Source: an uncultured Bacteroidales bacterium | GTDB taxonomy: Bacteria; Bacteroidota; Bacteroidia; Bacteroidales; WCHB1-69 | Length of the DNA stretch: 64,000 nt | Direction: 5' to 3' | NCBI GenBank assembly: GCA_937901925.1 | Contig: CALGTS010000045.1 | Location: 6,153 to 70,152 of the forward strand | In this document: positions 1 to 6,906 of the stretch, one piece after another | Layout: each line of letters opens with the position of its first letter | Position numbering within the stretch: the first letter of the stretch is position 1 | Notes under the pieces: generated by a model | The model's database searches: none | What the model saw: only the letters and a program-made list of their open reading frames with translations | What the model was told of the DNA's origin: nothing | Program-made: the position numbers and the translations under genes

Positions 1-658
1 CAGCTTCATCGTTACTCAATAAAAAGTTTTCTTTTGAATTTTCCTGCTGATTTACTTCATTATTTATGTTAGATAAGGTTTTTTTTGTATTGTCTAATTC
101 TTTAACAAGCAAATCAATCTGTTTTTGTTGACTTTTTACAGCTTCAACCAAAACAGCAATCACATCCGTATAAGAAATAGCCAATGTGCTGTCTGGCATT
201 TGCTTTACGATTCCTGGCAACACATCCTTAACTTCTTGGGCAATAAAGCCATATCTTGGTGCTTTGCGTTCCTCTAAATCCTCTTTTGATATTGCTTTAA
301 AATCATATTGCACACCATTTAATTTTAAAATTTTTCCAATTGCATCATCAATAGGAGTTATATTTTCTTTTAAAGAGATATCGGAACCAAAATATCCACC
401 TCGCTTAGCCCAAAGATACCCTGAAGCATGGACAAAAAATTTGTCTTCGTTGCCATACCAAACATTATAAGCGCAAGAGTTATAAGTGGGAACACAACAT
501 CTAAAAGCAGATGTCCAATCTGTAGTCTGAGATATTAAATTTACACGGCAATGATCATCTATAACCATTTGTCCAAATGATTGAGAATAAAAATTTAACG
601 TAAAAATCACAATTAATATTGTACTCACATAACAATAAACACTATTTTTTTTCATCAT
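1..658 (-). CDS. secreted tail-fibre-like protein with peptidase S74 / endosialidase intramolecular-chaperone domain (partial; C-terminus lies left of the window)
   Basis: Not in the ORF track because it runs off the window edge. The minus-strand ATG at 658 gives MMKKNSVYCYVSTILIVIFTLNFYSQ, a signal-like N-terminus. The translation contains GSDISLKENITPI...RYGFIAQEVKDVLPGIV...ISYTDVIAVLVEAVK, typical of S74 chaperone / tail-fibre domains, followed by coiled coil (QQKQIDLLVKELDNTKK). Confidence 0.7.
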   Translation of the reverse strand, partial: MMKKNSVYCYVSTILIVIFTLNFYSQSFGQMVIDDHCRVNLISQTTDWTSAFRCCVPTYNSCAYNVWYGNEDKFFVHASGYLWAKRGGYFGSDISLKENITPIDDAIGKILKLNGVQYDFKAISKEDLEERKAPRYGFIAQEVKDVLPGIVKQMPDSTLAISYTDVIAVLVEAVKSQQKQIDLLVKELDNTKKTLSNINNEVNQQENSKENFLLSNDEA

Positions 659-761
659 AATACACTTTTAAGTTTGGAGACCTCTTTCCCTTTCTATCTA
701 TTTTGCCGAGGTCCAATAAAACAAAATAGAGTTAAATGGTTTTCAAGCCAAAAATCGACAC

Positions 762-787
762 CTCTGCAAAACACTATTTTTGCAGAG
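762..787. other. perfect 10-bp stem / 6-nt loop hairpin in the intergenic region
   Basis: ctctgcaaaa-cactat-ttttgcagag. The 3' arm overlaps a TATTTTTG promoter-like motif at 775-782. Confidence 0.5.
775..782 (+). promoter_or_regulatory. Bacteroidota -7 promoter-like motif (TAnnTTTG)
   Basis: TATTTTTG on the plus strand, about 340 nt upstream of the LytTR gene. It could drive a long leader or a small RNA. Confidence 0.3.
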
Positions 788-852
788 CAAGTCGAAGTAA
801 GTTGTTTTTACCGAGCCAAAATATACTTTTCATGGTTTTCTTTTTGTCGTTG

Positions 853-860
853 CAAATATA
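853..860 (-). promoter_or_regulatory. Bacteroidota -7 promoter-like motif (TAnnTTTG)
   Basis: caaatata on the plus strand equals TATATTTG on the minus strand, about 195 nt upstream of the tail-fibre-like ATG at 658. Confidence 0.3.
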
Positions 861-935
861 ACGATTTTTTTAATTGAAAAGCAATAATTTCATCTCTTTA
901 TTGTATTTTTTATCTTTTAAGAGTATTTTTTAAAA

Positions 936-1036
936 AAATATGTCCTAATAAGACGCATAAACCACTATCGTTCTGATAGATACATTTTCTCTTTAATTTT
1001 TCTATTTCAGTAAAAAAAATTTATTAGGACATATTT
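936..1036. repeat. 16-bp perfect inverted repeat (936-951 / 1021-1036) flanking a 69-bp spacer
   Basis: aaatatgtcctaataa at 936-951 is the exact reverse complement of ttattaggacatattt at 1021-1036. A third TTAGGAC core sits at 1046-1052. Confidence 0.85.
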
Positions 1037-1145
1037 ATAATCTGTTTAGGACGAATATCACGAAAATGGCGGGATAAAAATTTGAATTTAAACGAAGAAA
1101 ATAGATAACATCATTTTGAGCGTGGTTATATCGGGAGCAGCAGAG

Positions 1146-1922
1146 ATGGTGATGGTTGCGCCTAACTTATTGAATATCTACTCCAAAAGCGGCTATACAG
1201 ACTTAGCTACTAATTTTCTCTTAAAGCAATCCTTTCTTGTCACCTTACGTAATGGCGGTTTGGTACTGTTTGCCTACGCATTAAACACCATCTTGTGGTT
1301 GCAGCGGGAGAGTGAGGAGAATGATTTTTCCTTGCGGAAAAAACTCAATTTTTTGGAGGTGAGGGACAAAGAGCACAAAACATTGATTCGTATTAGACAA
1401 ATTTGTTATTGCATTCAGGAACGGAATGTTACCTCGATACATCTCACCGACGGCTCCACCTACCATCGCTACAACTCGATGAACGACCTTGAGGAGTTGC
1501 TCGGAAGGGAGGAGTTTCTCCGTATCTCGCGCAATGTCATAGTGCAGAAAGCGTCTATTTCTCAAATTAATGACAACAACGTGGTTATGAAAGAAAGCAA
1601 AAGCGAGGAAAATCCGCTTGTTTTCGTCATTGGCTCATCATATACCGATATTATAAATACGCATCAGAGCTATCTCAACTATACGCAGGAAGCGGCTTCA
1701 ACAGAGAAGGAGGATTCGGAGAGTAAAAGCACCCGTCAATTGGAAAAAATCGAAATCGTTTATCGATACATTAAGACGCATCGCTTCTGCAGTGTGAAGG
1801 AGATTAGCGAGGCTTGCCATATTCCATACAGCAGTGTTACGCGCTATCTTGCCTTATTAAAGAATAGCAAACGTATCAAATACAAAGGTTCGAGAAAGAC
1901 GGGTGGATATATTGTACGGTAG
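1146..1922 (+). CDS. LytTR-family DNA-binding protein with an additional C-terminal winged helix-turn-helix; no receiver domain
   Basis: The track ORF 1116-1922 starts at TTG; the first in-frame ATG is at 1146. LytTR-like core: LIRIRQICYCIQERNVTSIHLTDGSTYHRYNSMNDLEELLGREEFLRISRNVIVQKASISQI. C-terminal wHTH-like segment: IVYRYIKTHRFCSVKEISEACHIPYSSVTRYLALLKNSKRIKYKGSRKTGGYIV. Confidence 0.7.
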   Translation: MVMVAPNLLNIYSKSGYTDLATNFLLKQSFLVTLRNGGLVLFAYALNTILWLQRESEENDFSLRKKLNFLEVRDKEHKTLIRIRQICYCIQERNVTSIHLTDGSTYHRYNSMNDLEELLGREEFLRISRNVIVQKASISQINDNNVVMKESKSEENPLVFVIGSSYTDIINTHQSYLNYTQEAASTEKEDSESKSTRQLEKIEIVYRYIKTHRFCSVKEISEACHIPYSSVTRYLALLKNSKRIKYKGSRKTGGYIVR

Positions 1923-2065
1923 TGATACTCATCTATAATTTCTTATGAATTAGTATTATAGATATTTTTTATCACACTTACGGCACTAATATTCACCATA
2001 CGCTCACCTTTTCTCTGAACTGAACGTGAACTGGGTGTAGTTGCTATTGAGTGGCAGCGGGAATT

Positions 2066-3169
2066 TTATAAATCCATCACCTCTTTTACAATCTTATGGA
2101 TAGCATCGGGGAGTGCGAATTTCTTGATATTTTCTGCCATTATTTGGGCACGTTCCTCATCTTCAATCAGTTTGATTAGTTCGGGCACCATTTTTTCGGA
2201 AGCCTCCTTATCGGGAATTAGGATTGCGGCGTTTTCATTGGCCAAAGCCGCAGCATTTTTCGTTTGGTGATCTTCGGAAGCGTAAGGGAAAGGCACCAGA
2301 ATCACTGGAGCGCCCACGATTGTAAGTTCGGCGATTGCCAATGCGCCCGCACGAGACACGATATAGTCGGATATGCTATACGCAAAATCCATATTTTTGA
2401 TAAATGGAACAATCTTAATTTGCGGATATTTCTGTTGGATCTCTTCGGCAGGAATTTCATTATAGAATGCCTCTCCGGTTTGCCACAGCACCTGAACGCC
2501 CGTTTGGGCAATGGTATCGATATGGTTGTGCATACAGGTGTTCATTGAGCGTGCGCCCAAGCTTCCGCCCATTACCAAAACCGTTTTCTTCTCAGGAGAA
2601 AATCCGAAAAATTGGTAAGCTTCCTCATTTTTCCGTTTCAGGTTCAGAATTTCCGCACGGATAGGGTTTCCAGTTTTCACAATCTTTTCAGCGGGGAAAT
2701 AGCGTTCTAAGCCATCATAAGCAACGCATATTTTCTTCACTTTTTGGGAAAGAATTTTATTGGTAACGCCAGGATAGGAGTTTTGTTCTTGAATTAGAGC
2801 TGGAACTCCCAGAGCAATAGCAGATTGCAATGCTGGTCCGCTGGCAAAGCCACCCACACCAATTGCCACATCGGGTTTAAATTCTGAAATAATTTTTTTC
2901 GCGCGGCGCATAGTTTTCATCAGCACGAAAGGAAGTTTCAAGTTGCTAATAATTCCTGACAGCGAGAAATCTCTTTTTATTCCGTAAACATCAAGTCCTT
3001 CAATATGATAACCTGCTTCAGGAACTCTTTTCATCTCCATTTTATTTTGGGCACCGATGAAGAGGATTTCTGCTTCAGGGTTTTCTTTTTTTATTTGGTT
3101 TGCAATTGCCAGAGCGGGGAAAATATGACCTCCGGTTCCCCCACCGGAAATAAGAAAACGTTTTTTCAT
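2066..3169 (-). CDS. murG: UDP-N-acetylglucosamine--N-acetylmuramyl-(pentapeptide) pyrophosphoryl-undecaprenol GlcNAc transferase
   Basis: ISGGGTGGHIFPALAIA N-terminal G-loop, MGGSLGA, SRAGALAIAEL; full-length MurG-like. The track start at 3178 is GTG; an ATG at 3169 gives MKKRFLISGGG. Confidence 0.9.
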   Translation of the reverse strand: MKKRFLISGGGTGGHIFPALAIANQIKKENPEAEILFIGAQNKMEMKRVPEAGYHIEGLDVYGIKRDFSLSGIISNLKLPFVLMKTMRRAKKIISEFKPDVAIGVGGFASGPALQSAIALGVPALIQEQNSYPGVTNKILSQKVKKICVAYDGLERYFPAEKIVKTGNPIRAEILNLKRKNEEAYQFFGFSPEKKTVLVMGGSLGARSMNTCMHNHIDTIAQTGVQVLWQTGEAFYNEIPAEEIQQKYPQIKIVPFIKNMDFAYSISDYIVSRAGALAIAELTIVGAPVILVPFPYASEDHQTKNAAALANENAAILIPDKEASEKMVPELIKLIEDEERAQIMAENIKKFALPDAIHKIVKEVMDL

Positions 3170-3202
3170 ATCTGTCACAATTTATTGATGTTGCAAAGGT
3201 TA

Positions 3203-4171
3203 TTATATTTTGATTTTTGGGTTTTGAATTTCTTTTATTTTTTCCGATTCCAGCAAAAAATCTAAGGTTACAAGGGCAGCCATTGCCTCGACTACAGGAA
3301 GTACGCGCGGGACCACGCTAACGTCGTTGCGATTATTTCCTTTGTAAAGGGCAGGATTTCCCTGAAAATCTATTGTTTTTTGGGCTTTTTGCAGCGTTGG
3401 AATTGGTTTAAAGGCTACGGAGAAGTAGATATCTTGTCCGTTGGAAATTCCCGCTTGTACGCCGCCGTCGTTATTAGTTTGGAAAGAGAAGTCAGGATTT
3501 TGCAGGTCGTTATATTCGGAGCCATTCATATTGGCGGCTTGGAAACCTTTTCCGATTTCGAATCCTTTTGCGGCGTTGATGGAGAGCATGGCGTAGGCCA
3601 ATCGTGCATCGAACTTATCGTAAATGGGTTCGCCCAGGCCTGCGGGAACGCCAGAAATAGTACAGTGGACGCGTGCGCCGCTGGTGTCTTGTGGGCGAAT
3701 AGGTGCAATGCTTTCCGTTTGGGCATGAATTGTGATACCGACCTTTTTAAGAATTAGCTTGGCAATGGCGCCCGCTACCACACGACACGCTGTTTGTCGG
3801 GCAGAAGCGCGCCCTGTGCCGCTATTATCGGCAATGCCGTACTTCATCTTATAGGTGTACGATGCGTGCGATGGTTTTATCACATTTACTGTTTCGGGAT
3901 TGATTTTCACATCTCGGTTAGGAATTTCAAAACGAATTTCTTCACCTGTGGAGAGTCCTTCTTCAATACCTGACAGAAAGGTTACCTCATCAGGTTCGCG
4001 TCGTTTTGAAGATAAAGCGTCGGTTGAGGGTGCGCGTCGTTTCATCTCCGTACGGATAAAATCGAAATCTATTGCTACACCTTTGGGGCAACCGATAATT
4101 TTTCCGCAGATTTTGTCGTCGTGAGTACCTCCAGAATCAGAAAGAATAAAATTTTTTCCAAATTTATCCAT
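3203..4171 (-). CDS. aroC: chorismate synthase homolog, short and divergent (322 aa)
   Basis: GRASARQTACRVVAGAIAK, GVPAGLGEPIYDKFDARLAYAMLSINAAKGFEIGKGF, GGVQAGISNG and KPIPT are chorismate-synthase hallmarks. The FGESHG motif is replaced by SGGTHD and RHDPC by RNDVS. The ATG at 4171 (MDKFGKNF) lies 1 nt after the upstream gene's stop; the track's longer ORF overlaps that gene. Confidence 0.7.
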   Translation of the reverse strand: MDKFGKNFILSDSGGTHDDKICGKIIGCPKGVAIDFDFIRTEMKRRAPSTDALSSKRREPDEVTFLSGIEEGLSTGEEIRFEIPNRDVKINPETVNVIKPSHASYTYKMKYGIADNSGTGRASARQTACRVVAGAIAKLILKKVGITIHAQTESIAPIRPQDTSGARVHCTISGVPAGLGEPIYDKFDARLAYAMLSINAAKGFEIGKGFQAANMNGSEYNDLQNPDFSFQTNNDGGVQAGISNGQDIYFSVAFKPIPTLQKAQKTIDFQGNPALYKGNNRNDVSVVPRVLPVVEAMAALVTLDFLLESEKIKEIQNPKIKI

Positions 4172-4172
4172 C

Positions 4173-5576
4173 TTAAATCTCCACTTCAGATTGGAATTCA
4201 GGAGCCGATACGCTTGCGTAGCCAGTTTGTTGCAAGGTTTCCATAAATCCTTCGCGAGAATCTTCGTTACCGTGAACAACAAAAATATGTTTTACTTTTT
4301 TGGGTTTTTGCGGCTGCAGATAGCGAATCAGTTCGTTATAGTCGGCGTGACCAGAGTAGGATTCGATAGATTCCAGTTGTGCACGCACTTTATGTTTTGT
4401 GCCGAAGATAGAAACTTCTTTGTCGCCACGCATAATTTTTGCACCCAAAGTGGTTGGAGAGCAGTAACCTACGCACAAAATCGTGGTGCGCGGATTTTCG
4501 ATATTGTTTGCCAAATGGTGTTTTACGCGACCCGCCTCCATCATACCCGAAGCGGAGATGATAATGCAAGGCGTGTTGGAGGTATTTAGTCGTTTAGAGT
4601 CGTCAATAGTTCTAACATAATGAAGTTTTTCAAAGCCGAAAGGGTCTTTATTATTTTCCATAAAATCTTGCATTTCTTCATTAAAACTATCTCGGTGCAA
4701 GCGGAAAACGTCGGTAGCAGAGACTGCCAGTGGACTATCTACAAATATGTCAATATCAGGAAGTTTTCCCTGTTTTTTGAGGAGGTGAAGAGCATAAACA
4801 ATCTCTTGTGTTCTTCCAACAGCAAAAGACGGAATAATTAGTTTGCCGCGTCTTTGGGCGCAGGCATCTTTCACAATTAGCATCAGTTTCTCTTCTGCTT
4901 CGTCAATGGTAGGGTGTAAGCGATTTCCGTAGGTAGATTCACAGATAATATATTGAGCTTGAGGAATTTCTGCAGGGTCAGGAAGAATACGTTTTCCATA
5001 GCGGCCCACGTCGCCCGTATAGAGAATTGTTTTCTTTTTTCTGCCCTCTTTTACGGTAAGATAGACAGAAGCACCACCCAAAATGTGACCTGAATCGAAA
5101 AATTCTACCTGCAAATTGGGTGTAATATCAAACTTCATATTGTAAGGAATACTGATAAATTGGCGCATACAAGCAGCGGCATCTTTAGCGGTATAGATAG
5201 GTTCTACAGGCGGAAGATTTTGCAGTTTGCGCTTTTTATTAAATTGGCGCGTATCGTTCTCTTGAATGTTTCCAGAATCGGGCAGCATTATGGAACATAA
5301 GTCGCGGGTTGCAGGTGTGCAAAAAATCTTTCCCGTAAATCCTAATTTGTAGATGTACGGAATCAATCCCGAGTGGTCCACGTGTGCATGCGAAAGAATT
5401 AAATATTTAATCTCTTTGGGGTCAAAGCCCAAGTCGCGGTTCATCTCATCGGTTTCCAAACCTTTACCTTGATACATTCCGCAGTCGATAACGATTTTCT
5501 CGTTTTTTTCTGTTGTCAGTAAAAATTTACTTCCGGTTACTTCTCCGCCGGATGCGCCTAAAAATTGAATTTTCAT
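4173..5576 (-). CDS. MBL-fold beta-CASP family hydrolase (RNA-metabolising metallo-beta-lactamase type)
   Basis: LILSHAHVDHSG (HxHxDH), DSGHILGGA, a beta-CASP-like middle region and a C-terminal SGHADYNEL motif. Confidence 0.8.
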   Translation of the reverse strand: MKIQFLGASGGEVTGSKFLLTTEKNEKIVIDCGMYQGKGLETDEMNRDLGFDPKEIKYLILSHAHVDHSGLIPYIYKLGFTGKIFCTPATRDLCSIMLPDSGNIQENDTRQFNKKRKLQNLPPVEPIYTAKDAAACMRQFISIPYNMKFDITPNLQVEFFDSGHILGGASVYLTVKEGRKKKTILYTGDVGRYGKRILPDPAEIPQAQYIICESTYGNRLHPTIDEAEEKLMLIVKDACAQRRGKLIIPSFAVGRTQEIVYALHLLKKQGKLPDIDIFVDSPLAVSATDVFRLHRDSFNEEMQDFMENNKDPFGFEKLHYVRTIDDSKRLNTSNTPCIIISASGMMEAGRVKHHLANNIENPRTTILCVGYCSPTTLGAKIMRGDKEVSIFGTKHKVRAQLESIESYSGHADYNELIRYLQPQKPKKVKHIFVVHGNEDSREGFMETLQQTGYASVSAPEFQSEVEI

Positions 5577-5592
5577 ATTCCTAATTTTTTTG

Positions 5593-5600
5593 CAAAGATA
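5593..5600 (-). promoter_or_regulatory. Bacteroidota -7 promoter motif (TAnnTTTG)
   Basis: TATCTTTG on the minus strand, 17 nt upstream of the ATG at 5576. Confidence 0.5.
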
Positions 5601-5625
5601 GATATTTTTATTTTGTTCTGTTTGA

Positions 5626-6801
5626 TTATTCCTTTTTTACATTCACAATTACTTGGTAAGAACTATTTTTGTACATTGGTGATAATGAAATAGTTCCATT
5701 TTTAATTTTTCCATTCTCAATCTCTAAATCAGAAAAATTTTGAAGATTGTGATGAGAATTTTTCTGTTGAGGAAGATAGCATACCGATAAAAATCCGTGA
5801 GATGAAGGAGAGACGAATTTGTCGTAAAATAGGCGTGCTAAGCAGCCCATTGTTGTGCGTGTGTTAATCTCCACAACAGGATTGATTCTAAAATTGTCAT
5901 TTTCTTGATAAACAAACATATCCACTCCTAAAAATCCGTAATATTTTCCCAAAAAATGTTTTGTTAGAAAATCTTTCAAACAATATAGATAGTGATGAAG
6001 TTCATTGATAGAGATCCATTGCGCCAAATGATTCTCAATTTGGGCATCGGAAAGCAGAAAATTACCTTCATAGACTGCATTTTTAGTTTTGAAGAGAGAA
6101 TATCCAGCAAAAGTAACCTCTTTTTGGCAATTGAATTCGGCAGCGAAGTTTTGAATTACCATCATTCTTTTTTCCGCATACACTGCGCCTTGTTTTTTGA
6201 TGACGTTTTGGAGCCAACCAGAGAGGTGAGAATCTAGTTTTTCGCGTCCCCAGCGCACGCCACGGCCGCTTCCAGAAAGTGGTGCTTTAAAAACCGCTTC
6301 AGGGTTTTGCAGTAGAAATTCTGTTGCTTCGTTGACAGATTGTAGCGCAACAGCAGCTTGCGGAAGCGTTTCGGGTTTTGCCGAATTTTTGTGTATCCAC
6401 AACATAGCCTCACGGGCTTTCTCTCTGTGCGACAGCATTTTGATATTCTCTAAATCTGTTGTTGTGGGTAAAATATCTGCTGAAACTCCGCAAGTTAGTA
6501 ATTGCTGACGCAGCAATGGATTCCAGCCCCAAGGCAACACTTGCGTAATAGAGGTTTCTGCCAATTCTGTTGATGTGATGAGCGTGGGGTTCAGGTTTAG
6601 TAGTTGGCACAAGCGAGCGAAAGGTTCTGGTACCTCCTTTTCCTGGCACAACAGTAAACCTTTGCCGTACAACCAAATTGGCAGCCACGCACAGTCGTTG
6701 GCAAACGCAGTTGCTGACGCTGGCGGCATAAAATGTGGGTCGCCATTAGCAAGCGCCAAGTCGTGTTCAGGATTGAAAATCAGCAATCTTTTTTCTTTCA
6801 T
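5626..6801 (-). CDS. conserved hypothetical protein, ATP-grasp-like
   Basis: KAPLSGSGRGVRW (glycine-rich loop after a Lys) and NPVVEINTRTTMG (E-x-N-x-R type metal-binding strand) resemble ATP-grasp enzymes. The N-terminal 150 aa are unassigned. Confidence 0.45.
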   Translation of the reverse strand: MKEKRLLIFNPEHDLALANGDPHFMPPASATAFANDCAWLPIWLYGKGLLLCQEKEVPEPFARLCQLLNLNPTLITSTELAETSITQVLPWGWNPLLRQQLLTCGVSADILPTTTDLENIKMLSHREKAREAMLWIHKNSAKPETLPQAAVALQSVNEATEFLLQNPEAVFKAPLSGSGRGVRWGREKLDSHLSGWLQNVIKKQGAVYAEKRMMVIQNFAAEFNCQKEVTFAGYSLFKTKNAVYEGNFLLSDAQIENHLAQWISINELHHYLYCLKDFLTKHFLGKYYGFLGVDMFVYQENDNFRINPVVEINTRTTMGCLARLFYDKFVSPSSHGFLSVCYLPQQKNSHHNLQNFSDLEIENGKIKNGTISLSPMYKNSSYQVIVNVKKE

Positions 6802-6822
6802 CTCTATTTCAGTTTCAATTCA

Positions 6823-6830
6823 CAAAAATA
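6823..6830 (-). promoter_or_regulatory. Bacteroidota -7 promoter motif (TAnnTTTG)
   Basis: TATTTTTG on the minus strand, 22 nt upstream of the ATG at 6801. Confidence 0.5.
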
Positions 6831-6863
6831 ATATTTTTATTTACTTGATAAATTTAAAAAATG

Positions 6864-6871
6864 TACCTTTG
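6864..6871 (+). promoter_or_regulatory. Bacteroidota -7 promoter motif (TAnnTTTG)
   Basis: TACCTTTG, 36 nt upstream of the ATG at 6907. Confidence 0.5.
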
Positions 6872-6906
6872 CCAAATATAAGTTTTAAAACCTGCTTAAT
6901 ATTAAA

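Noticed and set aside
674-877. 67-aa track ORF in the first intergenic region
   Set aside because: It starts at TTG. The sequence is low-complexity and Phe/Ser/Cys-rich with no recognisable motif. It overlaps hairpin and promoter-like elements, so it is most likely noncoding.
896-910. 15-nt string ctttattgtattttt shared with 10916-10930, plus a nearby shared acgcataa 8-mer
   Set aside because: Both loci are AT-rich promoter-type sequence. The two shared pieces are in different order and spacing, and chance matches of this length are expected among T-rich spacers. There is no evidence of a repeat family.
1281-1565. 94-aa antisense ORF inside the LytTR gene, and similar antisense or alternate-frame ORFs (for example 20585-21049, 20676-20993, 47882-48241, 3380-3757 and 7615-8127)
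   Set aside because: These are shadow ORFs opposite or overlapping well-supported genes. They have no motifs and biased composition.
1-1922. Possible prophage because of the tail-fibre (S74) domain
   Set aside because: Only one phage-type domain is present. No integrase, terminase, capsid, portal or other tail genes are in the window. Such stand-alone secreted S74 proteins occur in Bacteroidota chromosomes. The region left of the window would be needed to judge.
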